A DNA stretch of 64,000 nucleotides, taken from NCBI RefSeq assembly GCF_963921235.1, contig NC_086108.1, forward strand, positions 99,450,001 to 99,514,000. Direction: 5' to 3'. Positions 11,895-23,355 of the stretch are shown here, piece by piece (within the stretch, counting starts at the first letter, position 1; the number at the start of each line of letters is the position of its first letter). Made by a program: the position numbers and the translations under genes. The notes below the pieces were generated by a model that was given only the letters and a program-made list of their open reading frames with translations, was not told the origin of the DNA and ran no database searches. The DNA comes from Mobula hypostoma (Eukaryota).

Positions 11895-12698
11895 GTCTGG
11901 AACCAGAGGGTACAGCGTCAGAATACAACAACATCCCATTAGAACAGAGATGAGGAGGAATTTCTTTAGCCGAAGGGTGGTGAATCTGTGGAATTCATTG
12001 CCACAGACTGTGGAGGCCAAGTCATTGGGTTTATTTATAGTGGAAGTTCATAGGTTCTTGATTAGAAAAGTGGTAAAGGTTATGAGGGGAAGGCAGGAGA
12101 TTGGGGTTGTGTCAGGACGCTGGAGCAGGGATCCAATCGCAGACCCAGTACTGTGCACTCAGTGAGATTACTTGAGTAACAAATCCCGAGGTGCAAACAA
12201 AGTCGACATCAAAGTTCAGGCAGAGATCAAAACATCCAGAGAAATCTAGAATCAACAGACAGACAGAGTTCAGCTACAAATGCTCAAAAGGCTCAGGACA
12301 ACTCACTGGCACAGTCTGACAACAAACAGGTGAAAACACAGGACTAAAATACACCGAACAATAAACAGAGAGGCAGATGATAGGTGGAGCACAATGAGAC
12401 AGAAGTGGCAGCAAAACAGGTAATAATGAGAAAAAGGTGAGAGGCGGAGTACTCAGTAACACAGGGGCCAGAGTAGAGCAGGAGCGGGGACAGGAGTACA
12501 TGGGGCATGAAAGCAAACAAGAGCACACGGCAACACAAAACCACGGACTGACAGCTAGGGGGAAAACACACAAAAAACCAGAGTTCAACCGGAGGTACTG
12601 ACAGGTTATGAGGGAAAATAAATCAGCCATGATGGAATGAAGGAGCAGACTTGATGGGTTGAATGGCCTAATTCTGATCCTATATCTTATGGTCTTAC
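11895..12698 (+). mobile_element. CR1 3' end split by a solo LTR
   Basis: MRRNFFSRRVVNLWNSLP motif. The 3' UTR resumes after 12603 and ends TCTTATGGTCTTA. Confidence 0.85.
12110..12603. mobile_element. Solo LTR (Gypsy-like)
   Basis: TG...CA termini with inverted ends TGTCAGGAC / GTACTGACA. Flanks GGTTG / GGTTA form a 5-bp TSD with one mismatch. It cleanly interrupts a CR1 3' end. Confidence 0.8.
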
Positions 12699-13259
12699 TT
12701 TGTGTGTATTGCTGCTAAGGAATAATTTGCTTTGGGTAAATAGAAGGAGCCACCATAAACCTAAGAAATGAAATGGCTCCCTTCAACACCCTAAGAATTC
12801 TATTGTTCTGTGGTGCATGTCTCATCTTGGCTGCTTTACAAAAACTATTTTGCATTGTGTATTGGAGATTTACGACTTGAAAAAATTAGCAATGATTAAT
12901 GAGTTCTGGAGAACACAATGTGCCGAAACTTTCAATTCATACACCAGTATGGCTGGCAGATCCACTCAAAATCTTTGATTTCACAAGGTGATTATTCTGA
13001 CATGAAATATTTCTCATCATATTCATTCTGATGACAGTGCAAGGGGCTTTGGCAGCCTGCATTTAAGTTGTAAGATAAGCCCACGTTTCTACAGAAGACA
13101 CCAATGCCTGTGGAAAGATACTAAGAGTGGCCAGAAGGAGTAGTCAAGGACATTTTAATGAACAATTTGGTGTCAACAAGGAGAAATAAGTCAAAATAAT
13201 TGAAGATGCTAGACATCAGAAGTATAAAATGAAAAAGCTGTAAGAGCATGCCAGATCAG

Positions 13260-13646
13260 CTGGGAAAAGCTGTAAAAAGTTGTGAACTCAGCCAGCTCTA
13301 TCATGGGCACTAGCATCCCCAGCATCAAGGACATCGTCAAAAAATGATGCCTCAAAGAGGTATTAAGGGCTCCCATCACCGAGGACATGCCCTCTTCTCA
13401 TTGTTACCATCAAGGAGAAGGTACAGGGGCCTGAAGATGCATGCTCAATATTTCAGGACAGCTTCTTCCCCACCCAGCATCAGATTTCTGAATGGACATT
13501 GAACCCATGAACACTATTTTTGCTCTCTATTTGTACTACTTTAAGTTAATTTTTATAAATATGCTTCTTATTGTAATGTTATGTATTGCAATGTACTGCT
13601 GCCTCAAAACAACACATAGTTCACGACATTCTGATTCTGACTCTGA
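13260..13646 (+). mobile_element. Rex1-like LINE 3' fragment
   Basis: AACTCAGCCAGCTCTATCATGGGCAC...GGACATGCCCTCTTCTCATTG, with a (ATTCTG)n tail. Confidence 0.7.
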
Positions 13647-13761
13647 GTTAATGATCTAGGTCAGAAGGTTTATCAGACTGAAGCAGTTTCCATTTTCACA
13701 GAACCTGACAGACCTGATAAGTGTTTCCTACATTCCCAGCTTTTAGTGAACTAAAGTGGTG

Positions 13762-14245
13762 AGGCACAGTAGCGTACCGCCATTACAGAAACCAACGACC
13801 TGGGTTCAAATCCCCCCCACTGTCAATAAGGAGTTTGAACATCCTCCTCGTGACCACATGGGTTTCCTCTGGGTGCTCCGGTTTCCTCCCACAGTCCAAA
13901 GACGATTGAGTTAGTAGCTTAATTGGTCACATGGTGTAAATGTGTGGTGTAGACCTGAAGGTCGTGAGTTCGAGCCCCAGCCGAGCCATCGTGTTGTGTC
14001 CTTGAGCAAGGCACTTAATCACACATTGCTCTGCGACGACACTGGTGCCAAGCTGTATGTGGAGAGGGGAGACTTGCAGCATGGGCAACTGCTGGTCTTC
14101 CATACAACCTTGTCCAGGCCTGCGCCCTGGAGAGTGAAGACTTTCCAGGCGCAGATCCATGGTCTTGCAAGACTAACGGATGCCTTTACTTTTAGACCTG
14201 TTGGGTAGGAAGGGGCTGATACCATGCTTTATCTCTAAATAATAT
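13762..14245 (+). mobile_element. V-SINE (HE1-like) interrupted by SINE S1
   Basis: tRNA-like head and V-domain GGGTTTCCTCTGGGTGCTCCGGTTTCCTCCCACAGTCCAAAGAC. Confidence 0.8.
13950..14185 (+). mobile_element. SINE S1, 5'-truncated
   Basis: B box GTTCGAGCC and 3' end GACTAACGGATGCC. Direct repeat TAGACCTG at 13950-13957 and 14193-14200. Confidence 0.85.
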
Positions 14246-15314
14246 ATATATAGAACACAAGGGATAGGGTGAGAATTTCAGAGCTCGTGACCTAGACTAC
14301 TTAAAGGGACTAGTGTCAGTCGTGGAATGAGGGGATAGGGAATGTAAAAAAGAGCCCTAAATTAGAGAGGCATAGAGATCTGGGATCATTATGGCCATGT
14401 AAGGAGGGAAGGTGCATGAGGAAGGATTTGGACATAGAGTATTACCATAGTGCCATGGTCAGACCTTTGGCCAAGGTAGGCAATACTCGGTACGAATTAG
14501 CGTAGAGACACAGAGCTGTAGTGAGCTCAGGTTTGCAAAGGAAAGGAAGAAGGAGGAAGGTGTGGTGGAAAACTCCCCAAGAGCTCCTAGAAAGAGGGAG
14601 TTCCATGATAAAATAAATGGCAGCAGAGCCAATATGGCAGTATTTTGCATTCAAATCCATGAGCAAATATTTTCTTTTAAACACTCACTCCCTCCACCAC
14701 TCCACACTAATACGCTTCTGAGGCAGTTCCTTATCTACCAGTTCAAGTTGCAGGGAGAGGGTGTGCAGGCTAGGACTTTATCCCTTCGAGCATAATGGTG
14801 ACTTTAAAGATGTGTATAAAATCATAAGGGGTAATGGACAGCGTGAACACATTGAATTTGGAGAATGAGAAGGAATTTCTTGGCCAGAAGGCTGTGAATC
14901 TGTGCTATTCATAACCACAGATGCTGTGGAGGCCCAGTTATTGGGTATATTTAAAGTGGAGGTTGATAGGTTCTTGATTATTAAAGGAATCAAAGTTGTG
15001 GGGAGATGTGAGGAGAATAAGGTTGAGAGGGATAATGTCAACCATGGCACATCAGACTCACTTGGCCGAATGGCCTACTTTTGTTCCTGTTTCTTCTGGT
15101 CTTTTTCCCTAGGGAAGTGGATCTATAAACAAGAGGACACGTGTTTAAGGCAAGAGGTGAAAGTTTTAAAAGGGATCCAAGGGGAAACTGCTTCATCCAG
15201 AGATGGGGCATATGGAACATGGCTGAGGTAGGTACTACACCAAAATTCAAAGATCACTTGGGTAATTACATGGAAAGGAGGAGTATTGAGAGACGTGTGT
15301 AATGTTGCTTCTAC

Positions 15315-15831
15315 AGATGCACAGTGGAGAGTATCCTGACTGGGTGCATCAGAGCCTGGTATGCAAACACCAATGCCCAAGGACAGAAAAGCATTCAGAA
15401 ACTGGTGGATACAGCCCTGTCCATCATGGGAAAAGCACTCCCCATCATCAAGGACCCCCTCTATTCAGGCATGCTCTCTTCTCACTGCTGCCATCGGAGA
15501 GGAGGTAAGGAGAGTTAGGTCCCACATCATGAAATACAGGAACAGTTACTACCCTTCAACCATCAGACTCCTGAACCAGCATGGGCTCCAAAATAATTCC
15601 ACAATTTATGGATTCATTTTCGAGAACACAACTCTTGTTCTCAATATTATTTATTATTTACTTATTCTTTTTGAAGTATTTGCACAATTTGTCTTCGTTT
15701 GCACATTGGTTGCTTATCAGCCTTTGTGTGTAGTTTTTCATTGATTCTATTCTATTTTTTTGTTCTCATGTAAATGTCTGCAAATAAATGAATCTCAGGG
15801 TAGTATCTGGTGACATACTGTATACGTACCT
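15315..15831 (+). mobile_element. Rex1-like LINE 3' end
   Basis: ESILTGCIRAWYANTNAQ..., LFSLLPS, RNSYYPSTIRLLN. It meets an opposite-strand copy tail-to-tail. Confidence 0.8.
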
Positions 15832-16785
15832 CAAAGTTCAAAGTAAATTTATTATCAAAGGACATTTATGTCGATGTATACACCACTGAGATTTGTTTTG
15901 AATGTAAATTCAAGAACCATAATAGAGTCATTGAAAGACCACCTAACAGGATGGTCAAACAACCAATGTGCAAAAGATAACAAACTGTGCCAATACAAAA
16001 AAAAACAATCAATATCGAGAATACGAGATGAAGAATCCTTGAAAGTGAGTCCATAGGTTGTGGGAACAGTTCAGTGATGGGGTGAGTGAAGTTGAGTGAG
16101 ATTATCCCGTTTGATTAAGAGTCTCATGGTTGAGGGGCAATGATGTCCCTGAACCTGGTGGTGCGGGTCCTGAAGCTCCTGTCCCTCTTTCCTGATGGCA
16201 GCAGGTATGTCCTGGGTGGTAGGTTCCTTGATGATGGATGCTGCTTTCCTGCGACAGGACTCCATGTAGGTGTGCTCAGTGGAGGAAAGGGTTTTACCTA
16301 TGATGGACTGGGCCATTTCCGTTACTTTTTGTAGGATTTTCTGTTCAAGGGCAATAGTGTTTCTGTACCAGGCTTTGATGCAACAAGCCAATATACTCTC
16401 CACCACACATATGCAGAGGTTTGTCAAAGTTTTAGATGGCATGCTGAATCTTTGCAAGTTTCCAAAGAAGTAGAGGCACTGCCGAGCTTTCTTTATAATT
16501 GCACTTACATTCTGGGCTCAGGACAGATCCACTGAAATGATAACACTGAGGGATTTAAAGTTGCTGACCCTCTCCACCTCTGATCCCCTACTGAGGACTG
16601 GCCCATGGACCTCCCGTTTCCTCCTCCTGAAGTCAGTAATCAGCTCCTTGGTCTTGCTGACGAGGGAGAGGTGGTTATTTTGGCACCACTCAGCCAGACT
16701 TTCAATCTCTCTCCTATATGCCGATTTGTCGCCACCTTTTCTTTGAGTAACGACAGTGGTGTCGGCAAAATTAAACATGAATTTA
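15832..16785 (-). mobile_element. Rex1-like LINE 3' portion including RT FADTTV region
   Basis: ORFs 16518-16778 (FADTTVV..AYRREIESLAEWC..SKTKELITDFRR) and 16071-16457. Tail CAAAGTTCAAAGTAAATTTATT. Confidence 0.85.
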
Positions 16786-16810
16786 AATACTTTAATAATA
16801 CGTACTGTGT

Positions 16811-17113
16811 GGGCACGTGGCCAAGTGGTTAAGGCATTCGACTAGCGACGTGAAGGTCGTGAGTTCGACCCCAGCCGAGGCAGCGTGTTGTGTCCTTGAG
16901 CAAGGCACTTAACCACACATTGCTCTGCGACGACACTGGTGCCAAGCTGTATTGGCCCTTGCCCTTCCCTTGGACAACATTGGTGTGGTGGAGAAGGGAG
17001 ACTTGCAGCATGGGCAACTGCTGGTCTTCCATACAACCTTGCCCAGGCCTGAGCCCTGGAGAGTGAAGACTTTCCAGGTGCAGATCCATAGTCTCGCCAG
17101 ACTAACTGATGCC
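16811..17113 (+). mobile_element. SINE S1, full length
   Basis: A box TGGCCAAGTGG and B box GTTCGACCC. TSD TACGTACTGTG (16799-16809) / TACATACTGTG (17116-17126). Confidence 0.9.
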
Positions 17114-17789
17114 ATTACATACTGTGACAATAAATTTACTTTGAGCTTTGAAATACGTGTGAATGGGACTAGTTGGTGTACAACACGGCCAGCATGGCCA
17201 ATGTATAGTTGACTCTGTAGCACCTGGTAGAGGAGAAGATGCATGAGAAAGCACCACCCTTGCATGTCCACCTCCAAACCTCACCACAACCCATCCTGAA
17301 AGTAAATTATCCTTCATTGTGACTGGGCCTAACTCCTGAACTACAGATCAAGAATGCAAGCCACTACCCCCATCTTCAAGGCCTGGTCATGTCGGTGAAG
17401 CACATGTGCGAAAAGTAAGACAAAATCAGACAACAGACTGGATGGGTCAAACCTGTGGCAAGCAAAATTACTCCAACATGACAAATGTGGTGCCCTGGAA
17501 ACAGTAAAAGTGAAACCTATCAGCAAACATCAATTGAAGTGGATGAGTGGAAGAAATTAAATGTAAATAATAATTTTGTACTAAATAAATAATAGAGCAG
17601 AGAACAAACAGGAATAAACAGGAGGCTGATTTGTGCACTGGAGAGGGAGTGTGGCAGGGAAACGCTGGTGGTGCTTACTTAGCTGGGCGAATACACCAAA
17701 GTCAGCCATATTGAACTGTCAGTGAGCTTCCCATCAGATGCATTGTGGTTCTCTGACCCTCTGTCACAATAATCAAAGAAAAAAATTAA

Positions 17790-18040
17790 AAAGGCACTTG
17801 AAGAAGTTTGAGTTAATACAGAAGAGCAGGCAAGGATTTGTTAAAGGTAAATTGTGTTTGACTAACCTGATTGAATTTTTTGATGAGGTATCAGGGGTTG
17901 ATGAAGGAATGGTTTGTAGGTGTCATTTATGTGGATTTTTCAGAAGGTATTTGACAATGTCCCACATCAAAGGCTGATTAGTATCGCTGAACCCATGGAT
18001 TAGAGGGAACATTGAGAACATGGACAAAACATTGGCTGAA
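17790..18040 (+). mobile_element. Old CR1 RT fragment
   Basis: QGFVKGKLCLTNLIEFFDEV motif. Confidence 0.75.
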
Positions 18041-18159
18041 AACAACGACACAAAAGTTCTGCAGATGCTGGAAATTTTGAGCAAAACGCTTACAATGCTG
18101 GAGGTACTCAGCAGTTCAGACAGCAGCTATGAGGGGAAGAAACAGTCGATTTTTGGAAC

Positions 18160-19312
18160 TATAAGGCCATAAAACATAGGAGCAGAATTAGAGATTTCGG
18201 CCTATTGAGTCTGCTTTGAAATTCAATCATGGCTGATTTATTATGCTTCCCAATCCCATTCTCCCGCTCTTTCCCTGTAACCTTTGGTGCACTTTCTAAT
18301 CAAGAATCTACCCACTTCAACTCTGCTTCCCACTCCCATTCAGATATGACCATACATGGCCTCCTCTACTGCCATGATGAGGCTAAACTCAGGTTAGAGG
18401 AGCAACACCTCATATACCGTCTGGGTAGTCTCCAGCCCCTTGGTATGAACATTGAATTCTCCAACTTCCGGTAATTCCACCCCCCCCCTCCCTTCCCCTA
18501 TCCCTACTTCACTCTGCCCCCTCCCCCAGCTGCCTATCACCTCCCTCATGGTTCCACCTCCTTCTACTACCCATTGTGCTTTCCCCTATTCCTTCTTCAC
18601 CTTTCCTGCCTATCACCTCCCTGCCTCTCCTCCCCACCCCTTTATCTTTCCCCTTACTGGTTTTTCACCTGGAACCTACCAGCCTTCTCTTTCCCATCCT
18701 CCCTCTACCTTCTTTATAGGGCCTCTGCCCCCTCCCTCTTCAGTCCTGACGAAGGGTTCTGGCCTGAAACGTCAGCTGATTGTTTCCATGGATGCTGCCT
18801 GACTTGCTGAGTTCCTCCAGCGTGTTGTGAGTGTTGCTTTGACCCCAGCATCTGCAGAGTATTTTGTGTTATCTATCAAACTCCACTTTAAATATACTAA
18901 ATGAAGATCCATCTGTGGCAACAAATTCCACAGAGTCACCACCCTCTGGCTTCCTCCTCATCTCTATTCTAAAGAGATGTCCTTCGATTCTGAGGCTGTG
19001 CCCTTTGGTCTTAGCCTCTGCGCTATTGGGAATATCCTCCCCATGTCCACTCTGTCTCGACCTTTCAATATTCAATAGGTTTCTATGAGATCCCTCCTCA
19101 TTCTTCTAGTGAGGACAGGCCTAAAGCCATCAAATGCTCCTCATACATGAACCCTTTCAGTCCCAGGAGCATTCTCCTAAACTTCCTCTGGACCCTCTCC
19201 AATGCCAGCACATCCTTTCATAGATATAGAGCCCGAAGCTGCTCACAATACCCCATGTGTGGTCTGACCGATGCCTTAAAAAGTCCAGTATTACACCCTT
19301 GTTTTTATATCC
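18160..19312 (-). mobile_element. CR1 3' end split by a Penelope insert
   Basis: 3' UTR at 18160-18310. It resumes at 18871 with GHSLRIEGHLFRIEMRRK on the minus strand. Confidence 0.8.
18311..18870 (+). mobile_element. Penelope-like element, 5'-truncated (GIY-YIG C-terminus + terminal repeat)
   Basis: THFNSASHSHSDMTIHGLLYCHDEAKLRLEEQHLIYRLGSLQPLGMNIEFSNFR*. Direct repeat ATCTA at 18306-18310 and 18871-18875. Hammerhead-like motif at 18741-18778. Confidence 0.9.
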
Positions 19313-19641
19313 TTGATGACCATCCCAAATGCCTGTACCTGTCACTCAACCACCAAACTACTACCCTCTGAAACACCCTACTCATTCACCATAACTATTA
19401 CCTTCATCTCTTTCCCCTGCCATTCGGAATCCACTATTTAATATCACTTTAAAATTATCAGAATTAAATAATTTAAGTCTTGAAGAAGGGTCTCAGCCTA
19501 AAATTTCAATTCTGTATTCGCCTCCATTGATGCTGCCTGACTTGTTGAGTTCCTCCAGCATTTTGTATGTGTTAAGCAATTTAGGAGGTATCCCTGCATC
19601 TGAAAGGAGCTCCAGTATTGAGTGGCTTCTATGTTTCTAAG

Positions 19642-19895
19642 TGTCTGTGCTCTCTAATTAATATTTTAGTGATATTTGAGTAATGGTGTAAATATATAGT
19701 TTGATTAAGTATTCTTTGTTTCTTTACATAATTCATTATGGGTTATATGTAAGAGTAAGTGAATGGTGAATGTCATTATGCCATCACGTCATAATTGCAT
19801 GCCTCCCTAAAGTAAAAAAAAACATATACATGTTATCCACAGCTCTGTGTTTCTTTTCCAATTAGTTTTATGTCTTGCAGTTACAAAACATAACA
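19642..19895 (+). repeat. Gypsy 5' LTR (start approximate)
   Basis: Homologous to 28408-28655 (AGTGATATTTG..., ATGCCATCACGTCATAA, CAATTAGTTTTAT...CATAACA). Confidence 0.85.
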
Positions 19896-22065
19896 TGGCA
19901 ATGAAGAGGTTTTAAAACAAACCCGAGATGACTAGCAAGATGAGGCGCAGCAAGATGTTCAGATTTTTTTCATAAAGCCTGTGCGTTTTCTTCATGAGAG
20001 GAGAGAAATGGTCAGGTGAAAGAAAAAGTACAGCACATTTTTTTCTTTGCAAGAGGAGTGAGATATTTGAGTTAAAAAAAAAAGCACAGCACGTGTCTCT
20101 TCAGAAGAGTGAGAGAGAAAGCTGAGCTGAAAAATAGGCAGAAAATGGACAAAATTCATATGTTCATAACAGTGAGAACTGGCTGCTAATAATAATAATA
20201 AATAATAAAAATAGTAGAGATGTCTAGCTACTTTGAAAAGATAGATATGTTCCATTGCACAACAGTTGTACGCTGATCAAATTGAGCAGTACTTTGAAAC
20301 AGCCAATAAGAAATATGTGCAACTATAGCTGAGCGCAACAGGTGCAATTTGCTTAGATGCTTGACTGCTCCAATGAAACCAGCTGAAATGAGCTTTGCTG
20401 ATATTGTAAAAGAAATGCAGGAACATTTAGAACCAAAGCCATTGTTGATTGCAAAATGCTTTAGGTTTTATAAATGGAATCAAAAGGCGGGGGAGTCCAT
20501 TTCAGCTTACGTGGCTAAATTGAAGAGATTGGCTGAGCATTGCCAGTTCAATGATAGGCTTAATGATTCACTGAGAGATCACTTAGTTTGTGGAATCTTA
20601 TAAGAAGACATTCAAAAATGGATCCCAATTGAAGAACAACTCACAGATCAGTTGAAATCGATGGAATGAAAGTGAGCATGAACTTAATTGCAATGTTTAA
20701 TCAGAAACCAGCCTAGCCAATCAAATTGTGTTGCCATTGTGGCAGGGGCTCATATATACCAGACCAGGGTTTCTTAACTGGATTTCTGTGAGAGGTCATT
20801 AGGGGTTTAACGAGAGATTGTGATTTTAAAAAATTAACATAATTTATTGAACTTTGCACAATGTGTGATGCTAGTGCTTGCAATGGTGGACAGTGACCTA
20901 GCAGCCCAGATAGCAATCTCAACTCAGTTACCAGTATGGCAGTGCACACTAGGACCATGTTTATATTGTTGAGTCCATTCTCAGATTTTGATGTGAGATA
21001 GAGGAGGCTGTTGATAATTGGTGAGCACTGTATATGCACTGAGGGGAGGAAGGTATGCTGATAATTGGTGAGTGCTGTATTGCACGGAGGGGAGGACAGT
21101 AGGCTGATGAGCGTGAGGTACATTTTCCAAGTGTTGAAAGGACTCACCCAACTTGGGCTGTGATGTCAGCCTCTCCCTCCCAAATTACCTCCCACAACTT
21201 CCTCTTACATGCTGCTGATTGACTTACCGGAGTGAATAAACTACCAGTGTAGTAGAAAATTGGAGAGAAATTTTCCTTCTAAAGACAGTCCAGTATGGCG
21301 ATTTCTGAAGAGGAGATATGAGATGGAAGAGAAGGATTCTAGACCTAGGAAAATTCTGAAAAGGTTAATGATGAAGAATTACAATCTTCTGAATCATTTC
21401 ACAGCACTAGTGCAAGAATGGACGCAAAACGTCCATGTTTACAATGAAAGCTACTTGTCAATTCGTTTTACATGGACTGGTGATCCAAGTTGTCCTACTT
21501 CCATTGTGCCTAGTCTGTGACAAACAAATTACAAATGTAGCAATGCCTCCAGCAAAATTGAAGAGACACTTAACTACAGATCACAGCCATATGACATGTA
21601 AAAGTGCTGATTATTTTAAAAGGCTATTGGAATCTAAAACAAACAGATTAAAACTTTTGAAAATAAGGTCGGGGTCAGTAAGTGATTCAGGAAGCAAGTT
21701 ATATAGTAGCTTTAAGACCAGTTCCCTAGAGAATGTTTAAAAAACCTGGACAAAGAGCACTCCAACCTCCTGCTACATAGAGAAAGCTGATGGCTTAGTA
21801 GAGGAAGAGTTCTCGGCAGGATGCTTGAGCAGAATGGTGAATTGCGGGAGTAATTTCAAGAAAATAATAGACCAGATTTTGCTAAGTGCTTTGAAGATGA
21901 AGAAGGGCTGCACAAACTGACCTTCTTAACAGACATTTTTCATCATATGAGCCCGTTGAACAAGTCTCTGCAAGACCCTGGAGAAAATATTTTGACTTTA
22001 ATTTAAAAAGAAACAGAATCTTTGGAATGATCATGTTGCAAAAGGAAATCTTGAAATGTTTTTAA

Positions 22066-22155
22066 AAACGCAAACACGAGGAATTCTGCAGATGCTGGAA
22101 ATTCAAGCAACACACATCAAAGTTGCTGGTGAACGCAGCAGGCCAGGCAGCATCT
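22066..22155 (-). mobile_element. Young Penelope 3' tip inside the hAT element
   Basis: GAATTCTGCAGATGCTGGAAATTCAAGCAACACACATCAAAGTTGCTGGTGAACGCAGCAGGCCAGGCAGCATCT is also found at 62145-62219. Confidence 0.9.
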
Positions 22156-22247
22156 CCAGTTGCTTGAACTAGACTGAAGAAGGATATCAAAAAGTCTCGA
22201 GTCTTATTGAAAACCACTTAGAACAACTGCAGAACAAATTTAACTGT

Positions 22248-22455
22248 GTAGATCTGTAGTCTAGTGTAGTTTTTGTGTTGTCTTATGTAGTCTAGTGTAG
22301 CCTTGTCTCGTGCACTTAGTATACTACACTTAGTCTAGTGTAGTTTTGTGTTGTTTCATGTAGCACCATGGTCCTGGAGGAACGTTGTTTCATTTTTACT
22401 GTGTACTGTACCAACTGTTTATGGTCGAAATGACAATAAAAAGTGACTTGACTTG
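22248..22455 (+). mobile_element. LINE 3' UTR with (GACTT)n tail (Rex1-like family) inside the hAT element
   Basis: TSD AACTGT at 22242-22247 and 22456-22461. Reverse-complement homolog of 57087-57310. Confidence 0.75.
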
Positions 22456-22949
22456 AACTGTATTTTTGCTCCCTTGTAACAGAAATGTATGACTAGGTGA
22501 GGGACCCTTTCTCTGAATCTTCTGCTCTGCCTGAGAACTTGGCATTGAGAGAAGAAGAAGAACTTTGTGAGCTGCAGTCTGATTATCCACTCATTGAAAT
22601 TTACTGACCTGCCCCTGGACAAGTTCTGGATTTCTGTGAAGAGTATTCTGCCATTCATAAGAAAGCAGTGAATATTTTGCTGCAGTTTTCAACTTCTTAC
22701 ATGTGTGAGAAAGCATTTTCTTGTTTAACAAGCACCAAGAGCACAGATAGAAATCATCTCATTGCAGGTGAAGGTGAAATCCATGTGTGCTTATCGCAAG
22801 TTTGGCCCAGAATTGAGAAATTTGTCATGTTTGTCTTATGAGTCTTTAAAATTTATGAAAGGGAAAGAAAGAGATTAATTCCAAGAATAGTTGGCTAAAA
22901 ATTCATTCTCTACTTAAAAGATCATTGACAATTATTTTTGAATTAATAT

Positions 22950-23355
22950 ATTGAATTGAATGATCTTTATTGTTATTATACATACGTACAATGAAACTCT
23001 GTTTGGCTTCCTCTCAGGTAATGAAATACAGCAGTAGATAAAAACAAGACAGTAGTAGAAAAACAGTATTAAATAGATAAGTAGCAGAAAATAAGTTGCA
23101 GCAGCACCAGGACATCACAGGAATGCACAAAGTGCCGTTAGTGCAAGTATTTGAGTCATTGTGTGTGCATGTGTGTGCTCACAGTTTCAGTCATTGTTTT
23201 GTGGGAGTGCTGTGATGGAGGCCACAGCTCTGGGATAGAAGCTGTTCCTCAGTCTATTTGTTCTGGCTTTTAGTGTCCTGAACCTTTTGCTGGATGGCAG
23301 CGGGTCACAGGGAGTGGCCGGGGTGTGTGGTGTCTCTGGTTATGCTGATTGCTTT
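22950..23355 (-). mobile_element. Rex1-like LINE 3' end inside the hAT element
   Basis: Minus strand reads TRDTTHPGHS..PLPSSKRFRTLKARTNRLRNSFYPRAV, with a (TTCAA)n-type tail. Confidence 0.7.

Noticed and set aside
16811..16885. Genuine tRNA gene
   Set aside because: The A and B boxes are the head of a multi-copy, TSD-flanked SINE, and no proper acceptor stem is evident.
22248..22360. CRISPR-like or regular repeat array (GTAGTCTAGTGTAG units)
   Set aside because: These are irregular low-complexity repeats in a LINE 3' UTR, also present at 57200-57310. There are no spacers or cas genes and the context is eukaryotic.
21260..22820. Domesticated ZBED5/ZBED8/FAM200-like gene
   Set aside because: It has TIRs, a TSD, frameshifts, a deleted catalytic core and nested inserts, so it is a dead transposon.
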